Shown piece by piece: positions 15,101-29,239 of a stretch of DNA of 64,000 nt; position 1 is the first letter of the stretch, and each line of letters starts with the position of its first letter. The position numbers and the translations under genes are program-made. Source of the stretch: Octopus sinensis (lineage: Eukaryota); assembly GCF_006345805.1 (NCBI RefSeq), contig NC_043015.1, positions 22,630,001 to 22,694,000 on the forward strand. Reading direction: 5' to 3'. The notes beneath the pieces were generated by a model. That model searched no databases. It had not been told where the DNA came from and saw nothing but the letters and a program-made list of their open reading frames with translations.

Positions 15101-16034
15101 GCACACACACAGATACACATAATAGGAATATACAGGTATATATATATATATATATATACATATATATAAATACAAATGTGTACATATGCATATGCACATA
15201 CATGTATACAAGTATATCGTTATAAAGATATATGCATATATATATATATATATATATATGTGTGTATATATATATATATATGCATATATATATTATATAC
15301 ACGCAAACATATACATACATGTATACAATGCTTACATACACACACACTCACATATACACATACACGTATACATATACACACGTTTTCTTTCATAGTTAAT
15401 CGGCAGAATTTTCTGGGTTACAAAGTGACTGAAGGGCTGATTTCTTGTTCACATGCTTATAGGTTTACGTTTGTGAATTTATGTTGTTTCTATGCATATT
15501 CGTTCGAAGCCGATAATTCGCGTCGGCTTGTGTTAATAATCGAACGTTCATTTGCAATAATCGAACGTTCATTTGGAAACAAATGAAATGTATTCGTCAC
15601 GCTTCATAAGATACGATGCATTGAATGTAAAGGGCGGGAATCATCAGGTTTAAACGAATAAACTCCAGCATAATAAAACTTAGCAGGACTTTCTTTTTCT
15701 CTGGCTTTCTGTCTTTCCTTCTCTCCCTATATATACGCAGTTCTGCATATAAACAGTTAAAACAGATATTGTTATATTTCGGGATGTCACGTTTCTTGCC
15801 ATATAAACTGCCTCAATATATATTTCTTCTTCACACGTTTATTACTGCTCTTATTCTGGCTCTTATCCATTGTCCGGAGATCTTTCGTCACACATCTGTC
15901 ATCCCTTCATGACCATCCCGAAACATATATATAAGTATGTATGTATATAAATACACACACATACACAAACACTCATACATATATAATTGATGAGGGAAAC
16001 GGACGATATATGTACACACACACATACACACACA

Positions 16035-16128
<94 letters not shown>

Positions 16129-16509
16129 TTTCAATACGGTGCAAATAATTCAAGAAGAAATAATTTCAGAAGATATCATTGACTCTATTATTATCTAGCA
16201 TAACAATTTTGAAATAATAATAGCAAAATCAATAATATAGGCGTTTGCAGGCTCCAAGAACAGATGAGACAGCTGAAGAATTGAAATTAATCAAAGGCCA
16301 TACTAAGCATGTCTATCTGCTGGAAATAACAGTCAAATCTCTTATTTAAATATCGCCAAAATATACTGTTAGTAACTACAGAAGTCAACCGTCAGAAAGT
16401 AAACGGTCCAAGATACATTCCAGTATTGGACCCCTGGGCACCGGTTTCTGGACTGGCCTCACATACCTCAGCAAGCGTTGCCCTGATAGAGAGACCCAAC
16501 CCGTATACT

Positions 16510-16720
16510 AGGACCTAAAGTGTGATAATGACAGATTGTGGGGTCAGAGAAAAAGTGAGGTCGTACCAATCGTCATTGTGACAGTAGAAACAATGAAGAA
16601 GAATTTCAAGCAGTGGACGGAAAATATTGAATTTGCAGAAGCATAAAGAATCCATGCAGCTAACCTGCTTGATAGTAACAGCGAAGATAAAAGATAATTC
16701 GAAAATACTTGGATGACTCA
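16510..16720 (+). mobile_element. 3' end fragment of an R4/Dong-like (RLE-type) non-LTR retrotransposon
   Basis: Translation KSEVVPIVIVTVETMKKNFKQW..., with LQLTCLIVTAK in another frame, resembles the 'VIPIVIGALG...LQKAALLGTA' C-terminus of that clade (from memory). Confidence 0.5.
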
Positions 16721-17222
16721 GGTCAAAGTTGATGACTTGTTATGGAAGACTAAACTCTCTTAAATTCCCTTATAGGGATGAGAACAAAGAATTTTGAAAT
16801 ATTAATTTAGAAAAACGATGATCTAGCTAAAGAACTGAAGAGAACTTGCCAGAATGGCACAACATCATAAATGCCACCTAAAAAACTGAAAGGCTTCAAA
16901 AGTGAAACGTGGTGTGCCGTCCTGCAAAAACCAAAAAAAATCATGCTGTATTCTGCATGAATCGTAAGAAAGATTCTTGGGATCTGAGGAGAATTGTTGT
17001 CACCAAATCTGTAAATATAATACCTGCAAATTATACAAGCTTCAGAAAAATAACCATAAAATTTAGTTAATTATATATAATAATAAAACCTGGCCATCCT
17101 ATTGAAAGATGAAGACCAAATACAGAGTTAGAGACAAAATGTACATGAAATTATGGAATTTAAATCTTCTCATCTTTGTAGAATGGATACGAAAGGAATG
17201 TGGAAATATTAAAAGATGACGA

Positions 17223-17650
17223 GTTTACTCTTTACTCTCTCTTTTACTCTTTTACTTGTTTCAGTCATTTTGACTGCGGCCATGCTGGAGCACCGCCTTT
17301 TAGTCGAGCAACTCGACCCCGGGACTCATTCTTTTTGTAAGCCCAGTACTTATTCTATCGGTCTCTTTTTGCCGAACCGCTAAGTGACGGGGACGTAAAC
17401 ACACCAGCATCGGTTGTCAAGCAATGCTAGGGGAACAAACACAGACACACAAACACACACACATACATATATATATATATACATATATAGGACAGGCTTC
17501 TTTCAGTTTCCGTCTACCAAATCCACTCACAAGGCATTGGTCGGCCCGGGGCTATAGCAGAAGACACTTGCCCAAGATGCCACGCAGTGGGACTGAACCC
17601 GGAACCATGTGGTGGGTTAGCAAGCTACTTACCACACAGCCACCCCTGCG
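17223..17650 (-). mobile_element. Well-preserved tRNA-derived SINE with internal (CA)/(TA) tract and (AGTAAA)-like tail
   Basis: Minus-strand head CGCAGGGGTGGCTGTGTGGTAAG has an A-box-like TGGCTGTGTGG and a B-box-like GGTTCAGTCCC. Related copies at ~1160, ~8654, ~38070 and ~46660. Confidence 0.85.
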
Positions 17651-17871
17651 GAAGTCAAAGGTAACAATTGCTCGTTTGTTAACTGGAATACTTGGCACGA
17701 CACACACAGACCAATTCCAAAGGGACTGACGGAATGTTGAGCAACTGAAGAGTGTCATCCTGTATTCCTTAAAATCATGAAATATGTTCTTCAGATTTCA
17801 GAAGACTTGCCAACAACGTAACCGAGAGATATCAACGATTCTAAATTAGATTAACAAGCAATATTTTTTAT

Positions 17872-18074
<203 letters not shown>

Positions 18075-18303
18075 CCCTTTCTACTATAGGCACACGGGCT
18101 TAAATTTAGGGGGAAAAGTGAGAAAATTACATCGAACCCTATGCAGAACTGGTACTTTATTTACCGACCCAGAAATTATGAAAACAAAGACGGCCTCGGA
18201 GGACGAGAAGCTGTGTACCTAGCGTACAAACTATTCTGTTTACAAGTATTAGTCGATGCCATTGCTATCTCTACTTGATACTTTATTTTATCCACTGAAA
18301 AGA

Positions 18304-18558
18304 AAGAAGAAGTAATGCCTCCTTCTCGAGCCATGCCAGGCTGATAGGGGCCAGTTTCCCGCTTTCAGTGGCGTATAAATTTGGACGGGACGCCGGTCCG
18401 TGGCAGGGTCACTCAGTTTTGCCAGCTGACTGGACTGGAGCAATGAAATGAAATGAAGTGTTCTGCTCAAGAACACAAACCATCTCCCGTCCAAGAATCG
18501 AAACCATGATCTTACGATCATGGGTCCAACACCCTAACCATTAAGCCACGCACCTCCA
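18304..18558 (-). mobile_element. tRNA-derived SINE with a central domain resembling V-/Meta-type SINE cores
   Basis: Minus strand GTGGAGGTGCGTGGCTTAATGG (A box)...GGTTTCGATTC (B box)...CCCTGCCACGGACCGGCGTCCCGTCC. Imperfect TSD ccactgaaaaga (18292-18303) / ccactgcaaaaaga (18559-18572). Confidence 0.75.
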
Positions 18559-19339
18559 CCACTGCAAAAAGAGGAATGGCACATTCATCCTTCCAGTATT
18601 GCTGTATCTACCAAATACTGAAGTAAATTCTATTGAATGACTCTCCCACCCCGCAAAATTGCTGGCTTCATGTCTAAATAGAAAAAATAACAACTAGAAA
18701 GAGAATAATAATATATGTAACAAAAACAACAATAATTATAACGATAACAACAACTGTAATAACAGACCGCTCTTTCTCAAATACATTGAAAATAAGAAAA
18801 GAATACTGTTCTCATATGAAAATTGATTAAGAGCAAACCATGTTCTTTCCTCCCCGTTTTAAGCCTGTTTTGTGTCAGTGTCAGCAAATAACGAGGTTTT
18901 ATAATTAAATTGGCATCGATTTAGATATTCATGTGATACTGTAGCTTTTAGTGTTGTTTTCCTGACATGTTTTATATAGTTTCCAGTCATAAACTTTTCT
19001 ACACGATAGTTATGTTTGCAAATAAGCTATTTAAATTTTTTTTGTTTAAATTTGCTAATGTTAACCAAACAAATTTTCATTTTTCAACATAAGTAATTAA
19101 CATATCTTGACAACGAACGAACGTGTGAGAATGTGTGAACGTTGATGCTTCATCTGATATTTTACAAGTAACAACCAAATTTTTTCTGTAATAAAAGCAT
19201 AACAGCCCCTCTGCAGGAAGAGCCGAAAATAAACTAGAATATAAACCCTGATTAAATAAATAAAACACAAAATTGCCATTCAAGCAATGCATTGCATGGA
19301 CTATTTGTAGCTAGAACTAATTCTTGATAATGACTCTTT

Positions 19340-19520
19340 CAAAGGTTGGCACAACGAACTTTAGGGGAGGAGAATGTCGATTACAACAAACCCAATGTTG
19401 AATTGCAAGTTATTTTATCAACCGCGACGAAGTAACTGCAAATTGGACACCGGTGGAATTCTAACTCAGAATATAACCATCCGAAAGAAATGTCGCTAAA
19501 CATATATTCCGTTATGCAAA
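19340..19520 (-). mobile_element. Highly degenerate SINE (family of 29873-30102)
   Basis: 'ggaattctaactcagaat' is the reverse complement of the B-box region; similar 3' end. Confidence 0.45.
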
Positions 19521-19578
19521 AAATTCAGCATTCATAATGTTATGCAATACGTCACATACATGAGAGACAGACAGAGGC

Positions 19579-19579
<1 letters not shown>

Positions 19580-19642
<63 letters not shown>

Positions 19643-19654
19643 CGAGAGAGAGAG
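19580..19654. repeat. (AG)n microsatellite
   Basis: Read directly. Confidence 0.95.
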
Positions 19655-20031
19655 ACTGACAGAAAATTCGATAGATAAAAGTGCCTTCTTATACACAAAC
19701 TAAAAATATATCTGTATTTGTATATTTATATCACTTCTTCTCCCTCCGCTCTCTCTCCTTCTACACACACTCATATATAGACACACATACATACACACAC
19801 GCACATATCTACCTATTAGCGCACCGTCCCAAAGAAGTGCTATCTATTGCCAATGTAGGAATGTACATTATCAATTTGGTGATATAACGTATTACATGAA
19901 CTTGTCGTGATTGGCAAAATATAATACCATTAGGCAAATCATACAATGAAAAACTTAAGCCAATACATAAGATTATTTAATTTAAATTATTTAAATATAT
20001 AACAAAATTATTTAAAAAATATAATTAATAT

Positions 20032-20100
20032 AACACTACCATCGTTTCATGGCTGTTAATTTCTTAAAATTTTCGAGTTACAGTCATTCATCAGGTGGTT
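20032..20100 (-). ncRNA. Type I hammerhead ribozyme motif, intact core (Penelope pLTR-type)
   Basis: Minus strand AACCAC-CUGAUGA-AUGACUG...CAGCCAU-GAAAC-GAUG-GUA-GUGUU. Stem II has 6/7 pairs, stem I is CAC/GUG, stem III is short with a near-palindromic loop. Confidence 0.7.
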
Positions 20101-20559
20101 TAAATATTTATCTTGGCGAGGTTTAAACAATATATATATATATGTGTGTGTGCGCGTGTGTGTGTGTGCGCGTGTGTGTGTGTGCGCGTGTGTGTGTGTG
20201 CGCGTGTGTGTGTGTGCGCGCGTGTGTGTGTGTGATATAATGTTCAGGTTATTTTTACAGGTATTCTATAGGAATTTTAGCCAGCACCGATTCGAGATAT
20301 CAGATGAAAATAATCAATAAGGTCGAAGACAAAAATGAGTAATGAGTTTCTATGCAATATTTCGTTTGGTTTCGCCCCTTCATCAACATATTCACCCATT
20401 TTAACTTGTTCTCGCCTCCGAACACATTACGTATATAGCCAACGCATAGAGCAGTACTAATTTCGCGCATGTGTATTGCTTGGTATTGATATTCGTTAGT
20501 TCCCAATATAGTAGGATCAGTTGTACACATTTTGTGAGGAAAACAGCACCATGACAATA

Positions 20560-21373
20560 TTCATTCCGCTAAAAATTTGAGAACGACATGCTGTATTGGT
20601 TGGCACTCGCACTGAACAGATGCTGAGCACACATGACAACCGTTGGCTTGCTGTGTCCCTAAATAATGTACCGAGAGCGATAAAAATCAAACATTCATTC
20701 AACATCTAGGTATTTCGAATGATCAGTATTGATGACGAAGTTATGCTTCTATTCATCTTCCCACACGGCCTCACACTCCACACGGATGCCTACATCAAGT
20801 GCCTGGAGGAGATAGTGCTGCTTAAGTTAAACAGAGTGGCTACTGGAAAACTTTATCCCTGGCAACACGTACCTGCATCATGACAAACATGGTGGCATGG
20901 TGCAGAATCCTTTTGCCAGACATAAAGTTTTCCTGTAGCCCTGCTCTTGACCCAGGTCAGATAAACCCCAGTTATTGCTGTCAGACAATTTCTGAGACCA
21001 GATAGCCTCTAACATCTGGCCACCTAACTCCTTAGACTTAACTACGCTTTATTATTGTGTGTGTGTGTGTGGGGGGGGGGGGTTGAGCGATAGACCAACA
21101 AATCTCCTTGGAACAGTAAAGGTGAACTGAAGGCAAAGATTATGACAGCATTCAACTACGTAAACAAGGAGATCTTCCAGAAGTGTTGCAGAAGATTCTG
21201 AAGTCGTCTGGAGGCCGCGCCTGACTCTATTGGCGATTTTATTGAATAAATTTACTCTTCAGTATTTCAAGATATATGTATGTAATTTTGCTATATATAT
21301 TTTTTAAAATGAAAAAGCCATTGTCATTTTCATTTTTGCGCAATTTAGACGACAATATATTCACCGTACCTTG
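20560..21373 (+). mobile_element. Degenerate Tc1/mariner (D37D, maT-like) transposon, 3' half with right TIR
   Basis: Peptides FIFPHGLTLHTDAYIKCLEEIVL...YPWQ, NIWPPNSLD and KGELKAKIMTAFNYVNKE...RLEA...GDFIE*. Ends ...ttcaccgtaccttg + TA. Confidence 0.8.
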
Positions 21374-21864
21374 TATATATGCGTATATGTATGCACACAC
21401 ACACACATAATTGCCAAATAGATATGGCGGCTCCACAGGAGACGATGCTACCGCTGTTTTTAACTTCAGGAGAACGTTTCTCCCAGTTGGCTAACGAGAG
21501 AAGGTCTGTGTCCAATTTGTATTTGCGAGGAGAAATCATCATTACGTGATACACACAGATCCGGATTTCTGGATAGTAACACGTCATCAGTGTGTGATAA
21601 TCACAAGGTAGTGATGAAAACGCATAATACTATATGCTTTTTGTCTAGTGACAAATAGTTGCCGATCTCGAAAAAGGAGAAAGAAGTGAAACTAAATCTC
21701 TGAACGAGAAGTAAACAGTTGCAGTACGGACACGTAAAATATACTTGCCAAGTAGATGTTGCCGTCGCATAGAGGGCGATGCTACTGTTGCTTTTAGCCT
21801 TGGAAATACATCTTTCTTTTTTTACAAAAGCCTAATTACTTCATGTTCAGTGTAAGACGTCCAA

Positions 21865-22070
21865 TTATTAGAATCGTTAGCACACCGGTCAAAATGCTGA
21901 AGAACATTTCTTCCGGCTCTTGACGCACAAAGTTCAAATACCAACGATGTTGGTATTTGATTACAGTATCAATAAAATATCTACCTGTTGTGTATTAGGT
22001 TTCCAGTAACTGACAGAGCAACTCTCCTAATATTGCCGGGTTTGTTCCAAATATGAAACCATTTAATGCT
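21865..22070 (+). mobile_element. Degenerate SINE (family of 29873-30102)
   Basis: 'agaatcgttagcacaccggtcaaaatgct...aagttcaaatacc...gtttgttccaaatatgaaacc'. Confidence 0.6.
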
Positions 22071-24191
22071 CTTTTTCTATGAAGAAAACTTTCCTCTACA
22101 TGTAAAGTATGAATAATTAATTCATGTTAAATTTAGTACTCTATGCTTTCTTATCTTCGTCATATGAAAATTAATGTTTCGATATTTTATACTCTATTAC
22201 ATACATCTTTAAGTGATATCATTCATTGAAACTGGTTGGATGGGCTGGGTAAATAGAAAACCAATATCCACTGGACACTAGACATGTGCCATCACATACT
22301 CAGACCTATATACTATCAACCTAAGGCCGTCTGAAGCAACAAACCGTGGCGTGTTGGCAATTGGAATCGTTCCAATTTTCCCTATCATGAATAGACCACA
22401 ACCATTATAAGTCACCTGTCAGTCACGATATCTTTATGAAATGGCTGGAGGTGGGGCATGGTAGCTGCTATAGAATAATCTACTGTAGAATACGTCATGG
22501 GACTTCACAACGCAATAATATCACCAGTTTTAATGAAGCACCCCAATGAAAATCGGTCAAGCATCTTGATGGAATATGTATCTGTTCCTTACAAAATTTT
22601 GTGTATTCTTTCTATGCAACATAAGTTTAGACTTTGATTCGAAAAAAATCTTGACTGACTTGAAATATTTACATCTATATTATAAATATATATATATCTA
22701 CACACACAAACACACACGCAAACGCATACACACAAACGCAGGCACGCGTACACATGCAAACATGTATACATAAAATCTCTCAGATATATGCACACTATAT
22801 GTATGTGCATGTGAGAGAGGGAAAGCGAGAGATTGATAGGGTTGAGTTAAAGAAACAGAGAGACAGAGAGGGGAAATAATGAAAGAGAGAGTGATAACCT
22901 ACAAGTGCGTTGCTGTCCATAAATATAGCAAAGAATAAATCAACTTGGTTATACAGGTAGAGATTACCGAGAGTGAATTAATCTTACCTTTCACTACTTA
23001 GCTTCCATTTATAGCTTCCAATGGTTTAGTGATATATTTACGATCAAAATGAATAACTGACGGTCAGTTTCATGACTTAATGTTCAGAAATTCCGTGCCT
23101 CTTGCAGTTCAATTATCTTACTTTCGATCAAGCAGCTATAGAGTTTAATATCTGCAACGTATATTATATCTGATTATTGTCTTATCCATTCCCTTGGAGC
23201 CAGATATCATCTTGTCAAGAACTGTACATATTTATTTCCTATGCAACGTCATTCTTGTTTGAAAGGCAAGAAATTAGCCACTTGAATAAGCACTCATGCA
23301 AGTTGGATTTAGAATCATGAAACGAATTCATTGTAAGCTACTTTTGATACAATCTGTAAACTTGTATTTTTTCCTCCTTGTAATCCGCGAACACTTATCC
23401 GTGGATATTAAACACGAGTAACAGAAACGTGTGCAGTGTTTAACAAAAGCCATCTTTAGTTTATACTTCAGAAATGATCAAGTCGACAGTCAAGTGGATT
23501 CTTTTCATTCTCTCCTAGTTGAAACGACTTCAATATCCTGTCTAAGTAAAGTGTACAGCTGCACGCGGTGAAGGACACACGGATTGAAATAAATTGCGTT
23601 CTGGATAGGAAATCCAGGTTTGTGAAATGCTATTGTAGCTGTAGAGATGTTATGGTAATTGCAAAGCGATTGGATTTAAGAGCATTAAAGTGAGAGTTCC
23701 TAATAAAAGCAGTGGCATCTGAAGACATTTATTAATGGAATTTAGTAAAAGTGCACAAGGTAAATTTACTCTTAGCATTTAATTAAATATTGACTTCCCC
23801 TTTGATCTGCTGCAATCTCTCGAATATATTATGACAGAAACAATTGCAGTTATCTCCCTTGCTTCCGCGGACAAAGACTATTGCAGGTAATCCCTAATAT
23901 ATTTCATAATCCCCGCTTATGATGTACGCATTTCTTTAACTCATATCATGGTTTTTGAACAATAGCATTTTTTTATGAGTTTACATTAAGCCAATCCAAG
24001 GTTCTAAGTGACTGGCAGAGAGATTTACACCGTTCAAAGGAATTCGTTCGAAGAATACCGATGATTATATCGTTGGCCGATGTATATCGGTGAAGAATAG
24101 AAAGCTACGTACATAAATGCACACACACCTTACACTCTCTCTCATACAGGGTAATAATATGCTTATCGGTCTCTGTTTATACATCATTATG

Positions 24192-24222
<31 letters not shown>

Positions 24223-24225
24223 CAG

Positions 24226-24570
24226 GCGTGAAGGCGCATGGCTCAGTGGTTAGAGCGTCGAGCTTACCATCGTGAGGTTGTGAGCTCGAATCCCGGACCG
24301 GGCTGCGTGTCGTGTTCTTGAGCAAAGCACTTTATTTCACGTTGCTCCAGTTCACTCAACTGTAGAAATGAGTTGCGACGTCACAGGTGCCAAGCTGTAT
24401 CGACCTTTGTCTTTTCCTTGGATAACACTGGTGGCATGGAGAGGGGAGGCTGGTATGCATGGGCGACTGCTGGTCTTCCATAAACAACCTTGCCCGGACT
24501 TGTGTCTAGGAGGGTAACTTTCTCGGTGCAATCCCATGGTCATTCATGACCGAAGGGGGTCTTTACCCTT
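24226..24570 (+). mobile_element. Full-length tRNA-derived SINE with 12-bp TSD
   Basis: A box TGGCTCAGTGG, B box GCTCGAATCCC. TACATATAACAG at both 24214-24225 and 24571-24582. Confidence 0.9.
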
Positions 24571-25818
24571 TACATATAACAGACACTAACATATATATGC
24601 ATGTATATGAGCATGTTTCTGCTTATATACAGTTTCTGATTATCAAGTTAGGATGCATATTTAATTTTAAAGTAGTGTAGAAGACGCTTAACTGACTTAT
24701 CGCCTATTGTGTGTTTTTTTGTCTCTAATATCGCAATTATTGGAAGTAATATAACCCACATTCTTTCTTTCATTTATCATTATACGGTAGATTCAAGTCA
24801 TCGTTCAGAGTGAATTACAGTCACATCCTGAATATATAATAAAACAAAATCAAGCAAGGTCTAGAATCAGAAAAGAGGATCCCGGTGATTGCTTCACTAC
24901 AGTCGTGTTTTTAACAGTTTTTAACATATGAAATGTGACGTTTGAAACTGGTTATTGTTCTTATATTTACTTCAAGAGTAACAAGTGTTAGATGACTTAA
25001 GGCAACGGCAAATTCCAAGGTCTGATATTATATCATTGAAGATGAAAGGACATTAAGTTGGTCATTAAACTAATCTTGCTGCATTGGCTCAGTGCTCTAA
25101 CTTGTGTCACACCTCCAAACCTGTTACTAATCTAATCTTATATAGGCTGTGGCGGGAAAGAGCCATCCATATTTACTACAAATATCAGTGACTGATCATG
25201 TGATTAATAACTGAAGACTAATACAAGTAATTTGCTATTGCCTACAACGGAAAATTTAACTCTACTATACGGAAGGCAATAAGTTGTATAGTGTTCTAGA
25301 TAATCTAGGACACCTCCACAATTAAGTTAAGCTTAATCAAAAAGACAAAAAAATTAATGTTTACCTACTAGGCAATAAATATACATCTATACGTAAGTAT
25401 TTGTAATTTCCGTTAAATCAATTTGTTTCTATTATAAATTTAATACACTTACGAGAAAATGAATACTGTTACGATTTACATTTTTTTATATGTTGAAAAT
25501 ATACGTAAATATATTCTAGGAACATTTGAGTTATAACACGTTGGGCTTTACATTTAGATTATGAAATGTAATGAATTCAAATTAAAATCACAAAGAAATA
25601 GAAAGTAGAGATAGCAGAGGCGGTGATTTTAATTTCTGTCAGATCTAATATTGGCTTCATTGCTCTTTCTTCGGAAAGTTAGTTTCTTCACTCGTCACAG
25701 AAATGAAATTATGAAACACTGCTATATAGGGCTTTATAACTATTTTTGCAGACGTGAACTTTCTTTTGAGGTCAATTATACGTACGTACGTACGTACGTA
25801 TGTATGTATGTATGTATG

Positions 25819-25852
<34 letters not shown>

Positions 25853-28800
25853 TGCATGCATGTATTTATGTATTTATACATGTATGTATGCATGTAAGTA
25901 TTATATAAGTATGTAAAGTGTACACTGAATTAACCAAGCTAATAACAATATATCACTATACATATGAATTTGCAAATCCAATCAGTTGCTAAAGTTGCTT
26001 TTTTTGAAGACTATACTTAATCACTTAATTAATATCGGCAAATGAGGCGTTGCCTTGTGCTAATAAACTCAGTTGATTTAAAAGATGTGAAAATGTCGAA
26101 TAAATTAAACTCTGTTTCAAGGGAACAATATTTTAAAAGCATTATACTCTTGCAGAAATAATTTTCACATTTTTTCTCGTTAGTGGTAACACACTAAATT
26201 TCGAGCAGTGGAACATATTTTAGCTATGAGCAGATAAAAAAATATACTTACCACTCCTAGGTTGTTACTGCTCGGAGAAAAAGGTACGATATAAGTCTTA
26301 TTTCAGCGTGTTGCACTGAATTTTTATAACCGATTATATTTCGCTAAAATCATTCTAAATTCAATTCGATGGAGCAAATACATTAATAAATTTCACCTAC
26401 CACATAAGAAATGAAACAATCCATCCGACAGACACTCGCCCACACTCCAACTATTGGGCTTTATTTACAAGGCTTAGTTCTTCTAGGAGCTATCGAAATA
26501 AAATGGGGCCGAATTTGCGCTAAAATTAGACTAACGCGTAGTTTAGTATTCTAAAGCACGCTTCCATGTGCAAAATATATATAATGGCTTTTACCAGAAA
26601 ACGCATTCACGAAAGAAATAGTGATATGAACGGAGCAATGAATGTTGTCTTTAGTATAGAACATTCTATGTTGTAGCATAGCCGCAGGTTTGGCACCGTG
26701 TAATACATATTTCTAATACACCAGTGAAAGAACTCTATAAACCACTAATAGTTTTGCTGCAAATAGCACCCAGATTTCTTTGAATATTTACAGCGCTCCC
26801 ATGAAAAAAAGAAAAAATAATTTTCTACTTGCCTTAGATCAGACGCCTATGGAATCATTGAGTTACATCTGATATGTTGAACATTACAAAACCTCAAATA
26901 ACCCTGGTCTGAAGAGATAAGCCATTTTGGAGGAAATAACAATTATATTTTATATTAATTACCACTGAATAGAAGGGAAGACAAAATATATAGTCGCCAA
27001 TTCTAGTTTTATAATAACTTGGTGTTTCTTGAATAAAATCCTTATGCACAATTGTATAATTAGGAGTACTAAATCGTTAGAACCTGTGTAGTTTTCACAT
27101 GAACGTTTTCATTCTGAGATATACAAGTCATATTTTAGCTTCATTTTTTTAATTATTCTCTTAGTTTTTTTTTCCTCCAAGGAAATTCAAAGACAAAAAT
27201 GGAAATCATTAACATCGCTGCAGTAACATGGCAGCTGCGCTGCCATTATCTTCGTGTTGTATATGTTCAGTTTTTAATATATTGGAAGATATGGTTGCGT
27301 GAATAAAAAAATTTTCTCGTCCTAGTCAATATACCTGGGTAGGTTAAGATAGAGAATAAAAGAATTCCAGGTTAAGCAAAAAGAAAAAAAAACAAAGATG
27401 TAAGTATTAAAATGTAAAGTAAGAATTATAAATCAGAGAATCGTATTCTAAAGTGAGAAAAAAATTAAAGAAACGAAATCTGAATGTATGAATATCACGA
27501 TCTAACTTGATATTTCACAGACATTATATTGTATTTATGAAGGATATCATGCCATACATGGAACAGTCAATTATGATGAGGACAAAAAATAACGATAAAC
27601 GATGACAAGCATTGTGCTTGCTTTGCTTCCGTTTTTAACAATTGATTTAAAATAAAGAAGCATTTCTCAATTATATCACTGACATATAAGAGAACGAGCG
27701 GAATCAAATATTTCACAATAATAATAGTAAAAAAAAATCATTATTTGCGTGATACTCTGCTGTTTGTGTTGAATTATTGACATTTTATTATTATCAATGT
27801 TATTTTTAACCATTATTAAAATTATTATTATCGTTATTGTTATTATTATTGATATTCTTTTATTCATTATTAGTATTATTGCCATTATTATAATTTGTAA
27901 TATTGTTGTTGTTGTTGTTGTTGTTGCTGCTGCTGTTGCATTCGTAGAGAAATTACAACTAGTTGAACTGAAAGTAGTAATGGATACTGGCATATTCGAA
28001 TGGAAATATGGAGATGACGAACATTACAAAATGTTAGTACTGGCGTAACTTAGTTGCAGAATCAATATAAAATACTAAGAAGCGACACTTACTTGTGTCA
28101 ATGAAATTTGTATGTAAGCGACCACCGAAAGTCTTCAAAGACGATGACAGTAAAATGATACGGATACAAACGTAACAGAAAGGAGCAATAAAGAGAAATT
28201 TCGAAATATATTTTGACCGGCGTTTGTCAAGGACGTAATAGAAGTCCTTATAGATATCTCAAGGGTAATGTTTTAAAAAAGTACGTTTTCTCTATGTTGT
28301 ACGGAATAAGGAAAATCGTGGTCAGCACTATAGATTTGACTGGCAGTTATTAACTACATATGCGATTAAATAGCCATCCTTGTCTTACTTTTTTAGCTCG
28401 AGGTCCACTTTTATCCAGTAGGTTTACTGAGTAGACCTTTGATCAAAAAATTCTAACTTCAACAATCCAGCCCGTTTTATAGTTATTTTAGACGTCAGTT
28501 TACAGGTTTGTAGAACAATTGGCTACGTTTTCTAACAAGTATATAGGAACTACTGTTTTCACATGCCACTATGTACGCCGTTTTTGTTGATATTATTAGT
28601 ATTTGGTGGTGTATTATTGATCAAAAATCAATTCTTATTGTTGATGCTGCGTATCATCTGTATCTATGTAATGATTCTGTGCAGGTGTATGTCTGTGCGG
28701 GTGTTGGTGTTTGAATTTTGTAAGTATGCATGCATGTTACATGTATGTATCCTCTATAAATGAGGGACAACGTGTTTGTATATCTTCTGTGTTAAAGACA

Positions 28801-29175
28801 TACACCCCTGTAGAGTACATTTAAACTGAGACTCTCTTATTGCATCTAAGAACGATGTACATGACTCAAAGATTCATAAATAGTTTTGTTTTAAATTTTT
28901 TAAATTTTTATCTTCTTTGACATAATATATCTAACTGAAATTTCTAATTTCAATTTCAGACGTGGTTTGGTAGGAAACCCATTCACCATTACTCCTGCAG
29001 TTACTTAGCTTCGAGATATGAAATACATTCTCTCTTAAATTAACATTGCGTTCGCTTCTTGCACTTCACAAAATTGATATCAACACACACACGTACGTAC
29101 ACGCACGAGCGCTCACACACTCACACACACACTCACACACACGCACACACACACACACACACGCACACGCACACG

Positions 29176-29239
<64 letters not shown>

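Noticed and set aside
24226-24300. tRNA-like A/B boxes here and at 17580-17650, 29873-29960 and 50640-50710
   Set aside because: They continue into SINE bodies with tails or TSDs and lack a cloverleaf; these are SINE heads, not tRNA genes.
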